The notes: generated by a model not told the origin, from the letters alone. Positions 46,174 through 56,171 are shown, counted from the first letter of the stretch. The stretch: DNA of 64,000 bases from an uncultured Acidobacteriota bacterium (GCA_963770895.1 CAVYRF010000002.1:1856001-1920000), one strand, 5' to 3'. Numbers and translations are program-made.

Positions 46174-48030
46174 TCACGGTACGCGCCCCCAAAGGCGCGG
46201 TGATCGACCGAGGAGACGCAGCGCCGCGCGTGCCTGGTCGATCGTCGCCACCTCGCGGCGCGCAGCCTCGCAAAAGAGCCGCAGGCTCGCCAGGACTTCG
46301 CGCTCGACGCCCTCGGCGGCGACGATCCAGCTCATCTCCTTCGCCAGGCGGCGAACCTCGGCGAGCTGCCCGTCCTCCAAGCAGAGGACGGCGAGCTCAA
46401 GCGACACGATCGCAGAGGCAAAACCGTTGCGATGGGTCGCAAGCTGCTCCCGCACTCGCTCGAAGGCGGCACGTGCCTCCTGCCTGTCACCCATGCCCCC
46501 CGCGACACGGCCGCTCAGCCAGCCGATACGCACAAGATCCAACTCGTTGCCGAGATCGAGCGTTAGCCGCTTCAGGCCCGGCAGCTGAGCCGCCGCCTCG
46601 GCGAATTGACCGAGGTGGCAGAGATTGACGCTCCAATTGAATGCCAGCGACCATTCCAACGCTGGCTCGCCGAGTGCGCGCACCAGGGGTGCGGCCTTTT
46701 GCAGCGTGACCAATGCGGCAGTCGCCTCACCTGCCTGCTCCAAAGTGACGGCGCGCTTGAGCAGTATGCGCCCAGCGGCGATCGGCGGAGCCCCGGCCAT
46801 GGCCCGGTCGAGGAGGTCGAGAGCTGCTGCGAAGCTCCGCGTATCGCGGCGCAAGGATGCCTCCAGATCGAGCAGGCGCCATTCGGGAAGGATGGCGGTC
46901 GGGTCTCCGGTGGCACCTTCGCTCCAGAGCCGCCAGACAGACTGCCACTCGGCGCCGGCCTGTGCCAGGTGGCCCTCGACGCGTAGTGCATTGGCCAGAA
47001 ATGCTCGGGTAAAGCCTTCCAGCCGGCTGCGCCATGCGTCCGAGCCGGTGATTATCCGCGCCGCGGCGCTTGCAAGCCGCGCCAGCTCCAGCGCCATGGC
47101 AGCGCTTCTGCGCGCGCAACGCGCGCTCTTTTCGGCCAGCCGCTCGGCGAGTGCCCAGGTTCGATACTCCAGGCTGTGCCCGACAAGCAGCCGGCGCTCC
47201 TGGGATGTGCTCCGCTCCAGCCGCTGCCACAACCTGCCGGCCTCGGCGCGAGCGCGGGCAATACGGTGGGTGGCGGCCTGGGCGCGGATGCAGGACTGCG
47301 TGAGGATGGCGACCTCGGTCGCCAAGTGGGCCGCAGCCTCCCGCCCACGGCAGGCTTGCAGCGGTGCGGTGGCTCCGGCGACGGCACTGCCGTTCACACC
47401 TGGACGAGCAAGGCCGAGGGCCGCGATGGCGGCGAGCGCAAGATCGGCTTCGGCCGGGGTGTAGTCCATTGCACCCACCAGGCCCTCGAACCGCGCGCGC
47501 TTCAGCTTGCGACTGCCGCGCTCATAACCCGAGATTTGGGAGTTTGGCACACCGGCCGCCTCTGCCAGGTCCTGTTGGGTCCAGGCCAAGCGCTGGCGTA
47601 ACCAGCTGAGGGCGATCCCTAGCGCCTGCGACGGGCGGGCCAGCGCGTCCTGGCCGGGCGCGCGGCGGGCCTGGAACAAGGGTTGGGCCAAGCCGGCGAC
47701 CTCAACCGCGAGATGCGCCGCGGTCTGGCGGAGGTAGCGGACTTCCAGCGGCGGCGCGGCGGCTGGATGGGACGGTTCGCAGGCTTCGGCTTCACGGCCG
47801 ACCGCGACCACGACCATGTGTACGAGGTCGACTTCGGAGGGAGTGTAGCCCATGATCTCGGCGAGCTGCCGGAGGCGCCGGCAACTGAGCTGACGGGTGC
47901 CCCGCTCGTAGGCCGAGGAGTGGGCCTTGGAAATGCCAGCGGCCTTTGCCAGCTGCCGCTGCGTCCATCCGGCGTGCTCGCGTAGCCAGGTCAGGACGAT
48001 GCAACGGGACTGCGGGGGAGTCCTAGTCAT
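46174..48030 (-). CDS. Double XRE HTH - TPR-like regulator (paralog 2)
   Basis: Two HTH units (WTQRQLAKAAG...YERG and WTQQDLAEAAG...YERG); C-terminal body closely similar to paralog 1. Confidence 0.9.
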   Translation of the reverse strand: MTRTPPQSRCIVLTWLREHAGWTQRQLAKAAGISKAHSSAYERGTRQLSCRRLRQLAEIMGYTPSEVDLVHMVVVAVGREAEACEPSHPAAAPPLEVRYLRQTAAHLAVEVAGLAQPLFQARRAPGQDALARPSQALGIALSWLRQRLAWTQQDLAEAAGVPNSQISGYERGSRKLKRARFEGLVGAMDYTPAEADLALAAIAALGLARPGVNGSAVAGATAPLQACRGREAAAHLATEVAILTQSCIRAQAATHRIARARAEAGRLWQRLERSTSQERRLLVGHSLEYRTWALAERLAEKSARCARRSAAMALELARLASAAARIITGSDAWRSRLEGFTRAFLANALRVEGHLAQAGAEWQSVWRLWSEGATGDPTAILPEWRLLDLEASLRRDTRSFAAALDLLDRAMAGAPPIAAGRILLKRAVTLEQAGEATAALVTLQKAAPLVRALGEPALEWSLAFNWSVNLCHLGQFAEAAAQLPGLKRLTLDLGNELDLVRIGWLSGRVAGGMGDRQEARAAFERVREQLATHRNGFASAIVSLELAVLCLEDGQLAEVRRLAKEMSWIVAAEGVEREVLASLRLFCEAARREVATIDQARAALRLLGRSPRLWGRVP

Positions 48031-48090
48031 CAGTCACCACGGCCAGCAGGAGTGCCCCCCGGGCGCCAGCTCCACTTGGGAAGTCCTCAT

Positions 48091-48412
48091 TTGCGAACCT
48101 GCGCGACCAGAACAAAGATCCTCCATGGCGATGCAGAGGATTTTACGCGAATGCTCTCGTTGCGCAAGAGCAACCAAATGCTTTTTCGTTGCAAACAGAT
48201 ACATCTCCTGGTCATCAAGGTCAAAAATTCTCCTCTTGCGTGTATGGCAAACCTTGCGCAGTACTGAGTGGGGCGTGCGGGACGTAGAGGCTTCTTCATC
48301 TGGGGTAGAGCGTCGCGGGTGGAAACCTCGATACCTCACCGGCGGGCGCCTACCGCTGGGGCGTCAATTTGCGTGAATATGTGTATTGCAAACTTTTTTA
48401 GGCTTTGCGAGC
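48091..48412. promoter_or_regulatory. AT-rich divergent control region with repeated TTGCR boxes
   Basis: TTGCG or TTGCA at 48091, 48160 (palindrome TTGCGCAA), 48189, 48236, 48254, 48369, 48386 and 48405. Confidence 0.45.
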
Positions 48413-48507
48413 GCGCCAGGTCGTCGCCTCACTATTCTCCGTGGCGGGTAGACATCGGTGGCGGTTATCGGGGCCGCGACTCTCGTCTGCCATAAGGATG
48501 CCCTGAG

Positions 48508-49134
48508 ATGCGCGACCATGATCCACGAAACGAATGCGCCGGCCACGTCGAAATCGACCTCATGGCGCGGCTGCTGACCGCTCACGCGCAGGACGAGGAC
48601 GTCTACCAACGCTTGCTGCCGCACATGGTCGGCCAGTGTCCCGAGTGCAGGCAGCTCCTTGTCGAGTTGGAAGAGCTGCGCCGTGAAGCGGCGGCGCCGG
48701 ATGCCCTGATTGCCGCGACCGAGTGGCCGGCGGCACCCGGCCTGTGGGGGCGGCTGGCGCCGCTCCCCTTCGAGGAACAGCTGCGGGCAGCCGCTGCGGA
48801 CGAAACCCTTCACACCTGGGGGCTCTGCCGCCTGCTCCAGGTCAAGAGCGGCGGCGAGGCGCGCGAGCATCCGGCGGCGGCCGGCCGGCTTGCCCAGCTG
48901 GCCTTGGTGATCTCCGAGCACCTGGCCAAGGCGCAGGAGACCGCGGAGCTGGCCAAGGAGCTGAGGGCCATGCCGCGGGTGGACCGCCTGCATGCTGCCG
49001 CCCCAGCGCGCCCTGACCGACCGTCTGCTGAAGCACCACGGCGAGTTCGAAGACCCGATCGGTGCCGCACGCGCATGAGCGAGGAGCTGCACTTCCGCCG
49101 CGGCCAGATGGTGCTGAGCGATGGGCGCTCCTGA
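48508..49134 (+). pseudogene. Truncated member of the same TPR-like family with an N-terminal zinc-finger-like motif instead of HTH
   Basis: H....CPECR; LWGRL..L..EEQ...LHTWGLCRLL...S matches the paralog motif TWAL.ERL...S; similarity is lost after about residue 140. Confidence 0.6.
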
Positions 49135-51214
49135 ATCCGTATCAGGCGACGCCTGTCCCGCCAACGGCGCTACGCCCACGCCCAACCACGCAGGCAAGGG
49201 ACGTCATCGCGAGCGGCCCGGTGCTGCCCAGGGCTTAGTGGCGCAGGCACTGACGCGCCGCCATCGCCCACCGTTGGGCCTTGCGCTTTCGACCTTGCGG
49301 GCCATTATGGGATGGTCGCAAACGGCTCTTTCCAAGGCCAGCGGCGTCGCCACCAGCCAGATCTCGCAATACGAAAGTGGCGCAATACGCTTGACTCGCG
49401 CTCGCTTCAACGAATTCGGCGCGGTCATGGGTGCCAGGGAGGGACTTGGCGAGTGCGCAGTCGCGACCTGCGCGCTGTTGGCTGCCGTAGCTGCCCCGGC
49501 GGGCTCAGTGCCGCCAGGCGATCTGACCCATGACGAGCGGCAGCAAGTCGACGCGTTCGTATTAAACATGTTGCCTGCGTTGGCGGAACTTGTTCAGGAG
49601 CACGCCACCGCAACGATCATGATGCGGCGCGTCGACGTAGCGCAGCAGGAAGCTGAAGCACATTGGCACGCGCTGGCGACGCTCTCCCATCAGCAGCGGC
49701 GCCAACGATTGGAAACCGGTTTGCATCTACAAACCTGGGCCATGTGCCTACGCCTGTGCGACGCGAGCGTTGCCGCCGGCGCGCACGGCGCCGCAGAAGC
49801 CATGCAGCTTGCTGAGCTGGCCGTGCGCGCAGCGCAACTGGCGCGGGGTGACGCTGGCTGGCTGTTGCGCTTGCACGGCTACGCGCGCGGATTCCTTGCC
49901 AATGCGTTTCGGTTGAGAGGGGATCTTGCGGCGGCCGATGCAGAGTTCGCTGCGGCAACGCGCCAGTGGGAGGACGGGCATCAGCCCGCGGAATTCGCGC
50001 TGCCGGAATGGCGATTCCTCGACCTGGAATCGTCCCTCCGCCTTGCGCAAAGAAATGGGCCTGCCACAGTGACCCTGCTCGACCGAGCCATCGCCCTTGC
50101 TCCCGCAGGGCAAACTGGCCGGTTGCTGGTCAAGAAAGCGACGGCCTTACGGCTCGCCGGCCAGGTCGACGCTGCGCTCGTTGCATTGGACGCGGCGGCG
50201 CCCCTGGTCAAGTTGCGGCCAGACGTGCAGTGGATGGTGCAGTATCACCAGGTAGCGTGTTTGTGCCAGATCGGGCGCTACCGAGAGGCCGACGAGTGCC
50301 TGGAGAACGTGGGTGGTGCGCTTGTCGGTGAGTCGACTTTGGACATCCTCCGGCGAATGTGGCTCACGGCACGTGTGACCGCAGGTCAGGGCGATCCGCG
50401 ACAAGCGATCGCCGATCTGGAATGGGCGCATACGGAGCGCATGCAGTTCGCCGGTCGCTATGAGTTGGTCCTGGTGTCGATCGAGCTGGCGATTCTCTAT
50501 CTTGACGAAAGGGTGGGGGACTCGGAAAAGATTCATCGCTTGGTTCAAGATGCCTTGGAAATCGTCCAATCTCGATGGAGCTCGCGAGGCCTGACCACCA
50601 GCCTTGGCGACTTAAGTCAGTCAGCTGGGAAGCTACGTCAGCTTCACGAAGCCGTGGAGCTTCTGAGGGTGGAAAATTGGGTCTTCGAGCCCTTGACGGC
50701 GGGCGGTAGCCAGCGCATGGCGCACATCCCCCTTCTGGAACAGGCCGATACGGTTTCGATTCCCGACGAAATGAGCGTCCTGGTGCGCTTGGTGCGCGCA
50801 ATCCCTGGAATGAGCCAGGAGGGGATGGGCACCGCAGCGTCGATCGACCGCACTACGATCAGCCGCTACGAGACGGGCGACATGATTCCCTCGCGGGTGC
50901 ATCTCGGGCGCCTTGCCTCTGCTGCTGGTATCTCACTCCCGCTGTTGGAGGGTGTGCTGCTGCCGATGGTCCGCGTTGTGTGTGCCAGGAGGGCCTGTTT
51001 GCACAGACCCTGGTTGCTGGCGCAGCAAGCTGGTGAGGTGGCTGCTGCGTTCGATCGGCAATTGGTTGCCACCATGCGCGCAGCCGTCGCCACGTTTGCA
51101 GCGACTCTTCGGTGTCGTCCTGCTGTGGCTGCTCAACCTTGCCGGCCATCGGATGTACCGCCGTGCGACGCACAGCAGGCGCCGGCGCAAGGCGCGGGCG
51201 AGATGGCCAGATGA
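49121..51214 (+). CDS. XRE HTH - TPR-like - second XRE HTH protein (paralog 3)
   Basis: HTH WSQTALSKASG...SQYESG; TWAMCLRLC, EWRFLDLESSLR; C-terminal HTH MSQEGMGTAASIDRTTISRYETG. Weak GC3 bias; start uncertain. Confidence 0.8.
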   Translation: MGAPESVSGDACPANGATPTPNHAGKGRHRERPGAAQGLVAQALTRRHRPPLGLALSTLRAIMGWSQTALSKASGVATSQISQYESGAIRLTRARFNEFGAVMGAREGLGECAVATCALLAAVAAPAGSVPPGDLTHDERQQVDAFVLNMLPALAELVQEHATATIMMRRVDVAQQEAEAHWHALATLSHQQRRQRLETGLHLQTWAMCLRLCDASVAAGAHGAAEAMQLAELAVRAAQLARGDAGWLLRLHGYARGFLANAFRLRGDLAAADAEFAAATRQWEDGHQPAEFALPEWRFLDLESSLRLAQRNGPATVTLLDRAIALAPAGQTGRLLVKKATALRLAGQVDAALVALDAAAPLVKLRPDVQWMVQYHQVACLCQIGRYREADECLENVGGALVGESTLDILRRMWLTARVTAGQGDPRQAIADLEWAHTERMQFAGRYELVLVSIELAILYLDERVGDSEKIHRLVQDALEIVQSRWSSRGLTTSLGDLSQSAGKLRQLHEAVELLRVENWVFEPLTAGGSQRMAHIPLLEQADTVSIPDEMSVLVRLVRAIPGMSQEGMGTAASIDRTTISRYETGDMIPSRVHLGRLASAAGISLPLLEGVLLPMVRVVCARRACLHRPWLLAQQAGEVAAAFDRQLVATMRAAVATFAATLRCRPAVAAQPCRPSDVPPCDAQQAPAQGAGEMAR

Positions 51215-51232
51215 CACGTGTGCGCAATTTGG

Positions 51233-54200
51233 TCAGGAGCGCGGCGGCGGGGTCGCGGCCGGCGGGCGCGCTGCCCGGACCGCCGTCAGCCGGTGCAAGC
51301 CTCGCGGCGCGTCGTTCCATTCGACCAGCAGCTGGTGGCGCTCCGCCGGCGCCAGCAGCGGCAGCTCCGCCAGCGGCCGGCCCGGCGCGGCGGCGCCGGC
51401 CCGCAGCAGGCTTTCGAGATGCGCCAGCAGGCGTGCCATGGTCGCGGCGTCGAACAGGTCCGTGCTGTACTCCAGGTAGAAGTCGACGCCGGCGCCGGCC
51501 TCGGAGGCGAACAGCGCCAGGTCGAACTTGGCGGACCCGGTGTCCGGCACCGCGGCGTTCCTGGTGGTGATGGCCAGGCCGGGAATCCCGGTGCCCGGGC
51601 GCGGAAAGTTCTGGAACGTGAACATCACCTGGCATAGCGGGTTGCGGCCGAGGTCGCGTTCCACCTGGAGTTTTTCGACCAGCATCTCGAACGGCAGGTC
51701 CTGGTGCGCGAAGGCGCCCAGCGCCACGTCCCGCACCCGGCCCACCAGCTCGCCGAAACCGGGGTCGCCGGCCAGGTCGGTGTGCATCACCACCACGTTG
51801 ACGAAAAAGCCGATCAGCGCTTCGGTTTCGCTGCGCCGGCGGTTGGCGACCGCCGAACCGACGACGATCCGCGTCTGGCCGCTGTAGCGGGACAGCAGCG
51901 CCTTCCAGCCGGCGAGCAGCACCATGTACAGGGTCGCCCCCTGTGCCCGCGCCAGCTCCCTGAGGCTGGCGACCAGGGATGCCGGGATCGTCAGCCGGGT
52001 CCCCCTGCCGCGAAACCTCTCCACGGCCGGCCGCGGGCGGTCGTGCGGCAGCTCGAGATCGGCCGGGGCCCCGGCCAGGTGGTGCAGCCAGTAGCCGAGC
52101 CGGTAAGCGAGCGCTTCCCCCTGCAACCAGCCGCGCTGCCAGACGGCGAAGTCGCCGTACTGGATCGGCAGCTCGGGCAGCGGCGAGGGCGCCCCCTGGG
52201 CAAACGCCTGGTACAGCGCGACCAGCTCGCGCTCGAAGACGCCGATCGACCAGCCGTCGCAGGCGACGTGATGCACGTTGAGCAGCAGCACGTGCCGCTC
52301 CGCCGCCAGGCGCAGAAACTGGGCGCGCACCATCGGTCCGCAAGCGAGATCGAACGGCCGCGCCGCCTCCTGCCGCGCCAGCCGCGCCACCTCGGCCGCG
52401 GCCGCCGCGGCCGGCAACGCTTCCAGGTCGACCCGCGGGACGTCGAGGCCCGCGGCCAGCACGACCTGGAGCGGCGCCCCCTGCGCTTCCCGGAAGACGG
52501 TGCGCAGCGCCTGGTGGCGGCGCACGATCTCGCGCAGCGCGGCGGCGAAGGCGGACAGGGAGATGGCTCCGGCCAGGTCGAAGGCGTGAAACATGTTGTA
52601 GAAGGGGTTGTCCGGCACCAGGCGATCCAGGAACCAGAGGCGCTGCTGGGCGAACGACAGCACCCGATCGCCGGGTTCCGCGAGCGGTACCAGGGGCGGC
52701 ACCGCGCCGACCCCGCCGCTGCCGCGGATCGCCTCCGCCATCGCCGCCAGGGTAGGCGCCTCGAACACCCGCTGCAGCGGCAGCTCGCTGCCGCAGGCGT
52801 CGCGGACCCGCGACACCAGCTGGGTGGCGAGCAGCGAGTGGCCGCCCAGCGCGAAGAAATCGTCGTCGATCGAGACCGCGGGCAGCTCGAGCAGGCTGCA
52901 CCAGATCGCCGCCAGCATCTCCTCCACGGCATCGCGCGGCGGCGTCAGCTCGCCGCCGGCCGCGTCCGTCGCATCGCCGGCGCCGACCGCCGCCAGGTCC
53001 GCCAGCGCCTGGCGGTCGATCTTGCCGTTCGCGGTCAGCGGCACCCCCCCCGGCAACACCCGGACCACCGGCACCATCGGCTCGGGGAGCCGGGCGCGCA
53101 GGGTGCGGGTGATGTGGGCGGCGTCGAGCTCGGCGTCCTGTTCGCCGGCCAGGTACGCCACCAGGCGGCGGTTGCCGCTCGGGTCCTCGCGCGCCTCCAC
53201 CACCGCCTGGCTCACCCCAGGCAGCTGTTCGAGCACCGCTTCGATCTCCGCCGGCTCGACGCGCATGCCGCGCACCTTGATCTGGCGGTCGCTGCGGCCC
53301 AGCAGCTCCAGGCTGCCGTCCGGCCGCCAGCGCGCCAGGTCGCCGGAGCGGTACAGCCGCTCGCCCGGCGCCGCGGCGTGGGGGTCCGGGACGAACCGCT
53401 CGGCGGTGAGCCTGGGCTGCCGCAGATAGCCGCGGGCCAGCGGCGGGCCGCCGATCGCGAGCTCGCCCGCCACCCCGATGGGCACCGGCTCGCGGCGGGC
53501 GTCCAGGACCTGGATGCGCGCGCCGGGCACCGGCCGGCCGATGGCGGGCAGCTGCGGCCAGTCGCGGCTGGCGCCTGCCAGGCGCAGCGCCGTCACCACG
53601 TGGCTTTCGCTGGGACCGTAGTGGTTGTGCAGCGTGCAGCCGGGCATGCGCGCCAGCCACTCGGCCACCGGCGGCGTGATGCGCAGCGTCTCGCCGGCGG
53701 CGACCACGTCGCGCAGCGCGCCGGCCGCCGGCGTGACGCGCCTGGCGGCCGCCGCCAGGGATTGCAGCGCCACCATCGGCAGGAAGATGCGCGCCACCTG
53801 CTCTTCGTCGATCAGGCGCAGCAGCCGCTCGGGGTCGCGCCGCACCTCCTCGGGAATCACCACCAGCTCGCCGCCGGAGCACAGGGTCGACAGGTCTTCC
53901 TGCAGCGAGACGTCGAAGCCGGGGGCGGCAAACTGCAGCGTCCTGGCGGCGCCGGGCAGCTGGCCCGGATGCCACCGCAGCAGGCAGTCGAGCGTGCGCC
54001 GAGGCAGCGCCACCCCCTTGGGAGCGCCGGTCGAGCCCGAGGTGTAGATGACGTAGGCCAGGCTCTCCGCCACGGCCGCCGCCGCGCCCTCCTCCTGCTC
54101 CGCCGCGGCCTCCTCCTCCGTGGGCTGATCGCCCGGCGGGTCGGACGCCGCCTCCTGGCGCCAGGTCTCCCAATCCACCTGCGGCCCCTGCTGCCAGTCC

Positions 54201-56164
54201 AGCTCCGCCATCGCCGCCTGGCGGCCGACCAGCACCGAGACGCCGGCGTCCGCCAGGATGAGCAGCAGGCGCTGGCGGGGGTGCAGCGGGTCCAGCGGCA
54301 CGTAGACGCCCCCGGCCGCCAGCACCGCGAGCAGGGCGGCGACCCTCTCCGGCGCGCGCTCCGCCAGCACCCCGACGCGCACGTCCGGCCCCACCCCGAG
54401 CCGGCGCAGGCGCCGGGCGAGCAGGCCGGCGCAGGTGGCGAGGTCGCCATAGGTCCAGCCGTCGCGGCCGCCACCGTCCAGCACGGTCAGCACGGTCAGC
54501 GCCGGCGCCTGCGGGTGCATCCGCACCTGCTGCCGGAAGCGCGCCAGCACGTCCTGGCCCTGCCCGCGGCCGGCCGGCGGGCTGGCGTCGGGCGTGTCGT
54601 TCCACTCCCACAGCAGCTGCGCCCGCTCCGCGTCGCCCAGCATCGGCAGCTCGCCGACGCTGGTTTCCGGGTCGGCGACGGCGGCCGCCAGCAGCGCCGT
54701 CAGATGCCCGAGCAGGCGCTCGATGGTGGCCCGCTCGAACAGGTCGGTGGCAAACTCGAGCCCGCCGGCCAGGCCGCCGTCCAGCTCGATGACGTCGAGC
54801 ATCAGGTCGAACTTGGCGACGCCCGGTTCGACGTCCAGCCGTGCGACGTTCAGGCCCGCCACCTCCAGGGCGGACCGGGTCGCGTTCTGCAGCACCAGCA
54901 TGACCTGGAAGAGGGGCGAGCGCCTGAGCTCGCGCCCCGGTTGCAGCTCCTCGACCAGGCGCTCGAAGGGCAGGTCCTGGTGCGCATAGGCGGCTTGCGC
55001 CGTGGCGCGCGCCTGGCCCAGCAGGACGCGGAACGGCGGCGCCGCGCGCAGGTCCAGGCGCAGCACCAGGGTGTTGGCGAAATAGCCGATCAGCCCCTCG
55101 ATCTCGGACCGCTTGCGGTTGGCGACCGGCGTACCGATCAGGACGTCGGGCTGCCCGCTGTGGCGGTAGAGCACGGTGCCGAAGATCGCCACCAGCGCCA
55201 TGAAGAGCGTCGCCCCCTCCGCCCTGGCCAGCGCGCGCAGACCGTCGACCGTCCGGGCCGGGATCCGCACCGGGTGGAAGCGGCCGCGATGACTTTCGAC
55301 CGGCGGCCGCGGGTGGTCGGCGGGCAGCTCCAGCGCCGGCGGGCTGCCGGCGAGCTGCTGCCGCCAGTAGCTCAGCTGGCCGGCCAGCCGCCCGTCCTCG
55401 AGCCACTGCCGCTGCCACTCGGCGTAGTCGGCGTACTGGATCGGCAGCTCGGCGAGCGGCGAAGGCCGGCCGGCGACGCCGGCGGCGTACAGGGTCGTCA
55501 CCTCGTGGACCAGGACGGCGCTCGACCAGCCGTCGAAGATGACGTGGTGCAGGGTGAGCAGGAACGCGTGCTCGCCGGCGCCCAGGCGCAGCAGGGTGCT
55601 GCGCATCAGCGGGCCCTTCGCCAGGTCGAAGGGGCGCCGGGCCTCGGTTTGCGCCAGGCGCCGGGCTTCCGCCCGCGAGCGGCCGGCGGCCAGGCCCGCC
55701 AGGTCGACCAGCCGCAGCCGGCTGGCCGCGCCGCTCGCGGCGACGACCTGCAGCGGCTTGCCGCCCTGCTGGGGAAAGGTGGTGCGCAACGTCTCATGCC
55801 GTCGCACGACCGCATCCAGCGCCCCGGCGAGCGCCGCAACCTCCAGCCGGCCGCTCAGCTGGAGCGCCACGACCACGTTGTAGAAGGCGCTGCCGCCGGC
55901 CAGCTGGTCGATCACCCACAGCCGCTGCTGTGCGTACGACAGCGGGGCAGGGCCCTTGCCGCGGCGGCGCGGGATGGTTTCCAGGTGATCGATGCGCAGC
56001 CCTTCGTCGCGCAGCCGCCCGGCCACCACGTCGCGCTGCGCGGCGGAGAGCGGGCGCAGCGGCTTCTGCCGCCGCGCCTTCGGAGGGGCGGCAGCCGCAA
56101 CCTTCACGGCGTCCGGGGCGTTGCCGCCGTCGCCCTGCTTGGCCATCGGTTGCCGTTCGTCCAT
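51233..56164 (-). CDS. NRPS C-A(Pro)-T-C, no thioesterase
   Basis: HHVIFDGWS; YTSGSTGAPKG; hand-read specificity code DVQFVAHVVK (Pro type); GGHSLL; HHVACDGWS; ends shortly after LLVEWND. Confidence 0.95.
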   Translation of the reverse strand: MDERQPMAKQGDGGNAPDAVKVAAAAPPKARRQKPLRPLSAAQRDVVAGRLRDEGLRIDHLETIPRRRGKGPAPLSYAQQRLWVIDQLAGGSAFYNVVVALQLSGRLEVAALAGALDAVVRRHETLRTTFPQQGGKPLQVVAASGAASRLRLVDLAGLAAGRSRAEARRLAQTEARRPFDLAKGPLMRSTLLRLGAGEHAFLLTLHHVIFDGWSSAVLVHEVTTLYAAGVAGRPSPLAELPIQYADYAEWQRQWLEDGRLAGQLSYWRQQLAGSPPALELPADHPRPPVESHRGRFHPVRIPARTVDGLRALARAEGATLFMALVAIFGTVLYRHSGQPDVLIGTPVANRKRSEIEGLIGYFANTLVLRLDLRAAPPFRVLLGQARATAQAAYAHQDLPFERLVEELQPGRELRRSPLFQVMLVLQNATRSALEVAGLNVARLDVEPGVAKFDLMLDVIELDGGLAGGLEFATDLFERATIERLLGHLTALLAAAVADPETSVGELPMLGDAERAQLLWEWNDTPDASPPAGRGQGQDVLARFRQQVRMHPQAPALTVLTVLDGGGRDGWTYGDLATCAGLLARRLRRLGVGPDVRVGVLAERAPERVAALLAVLAAGGVYVPLDPLHPRQRLLLILADAGVSVLVGRQAAMAELDWQQGPQVDWETWRQEAASDPPGDQPTEEEAAAEQEEGAAAAVAESLAYVIYTSGSTGAPKGVALPRRTLDCLLRWHPGQLPGAARTLQFAAPGFDVSLQEDLSTLCSGGELVVIPEEVRRDPERLLRLIDEEQVARIFLPMVALQSLAAAARRVTPAAGALRDVVAAGETLRITPPVAEWLARMPGCTLHNHYGPSESHVVTALRLAGASRDWPQLPAIGRPVPGARIQVLDARREPVPIGVAGELAIGGPPLARGYLRQPRLTAERFVPDPHAAAPGERLYRSGDLARWRPDGSLELLGRSDRQIKVRGMRVEPAEIEAVLEQLPGVSQAVVEAREDPSGNRRLVAYLAGEQDAELDAAHITRTLRARLPEPMVPVVRVLPGGVPLTANGKIDRQALADLAAVGAGDATDAAGGELTPPRDAVEEMLAAIWCSLLELPAVSIDDDFFALGGHSLLATQLVSRVRDACGSELPLQRVFEAPTLAAMAEAIRGSGGVGAVPPLVPLAEPGDRVLSFAQQRLWFLDRLVPDNPFYNMFHAFDLAGAISLSAFAAALREIVRRHQALRTVFREAQGAPLQVVLAAGLDVPRVDLEALPAAAAAAEVARLARQEAARPFDLACGPMVRAQFLRLAAERHVLLLNVHHVACDGWSIGVFERELVALYQAFAQGAPSPLPELPIQYGDFAVWQRGWLQGEALAYRLGYWLHHLAGAPADLELPHDRPRPAVERFRGRGTRLTIPASLVASLRELARAQGATLYMVLLAGWKALLSRYSGQTRIVVGSAVANRRRSETEALIGFFVNVVVMHTDLAGDPGFGELVGRVRDVALGAFAHQDLPFEMLVEKLQVERDLGRNPLCQVMFTFQNFPRPGTGIPGLAITTRNAAVPDTGSAKFDLALFASEAGAGVDFYLEYSTDLFDAATMARLLAHLESLLRAGAAAPGRPLAELPLLAPAERHQLLVEWNDAPRGLHRLTAVRAARPPAATPPPRS

Positions 56165-56171
56165 GCTGCCG

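Noticed and set aside
48034-48339. 101-aa minus-strand ORF
   Set aside because: AT-rich, no codon bias or RBS, and lies in a probable control region; a real small gene cannot be fully excluded.
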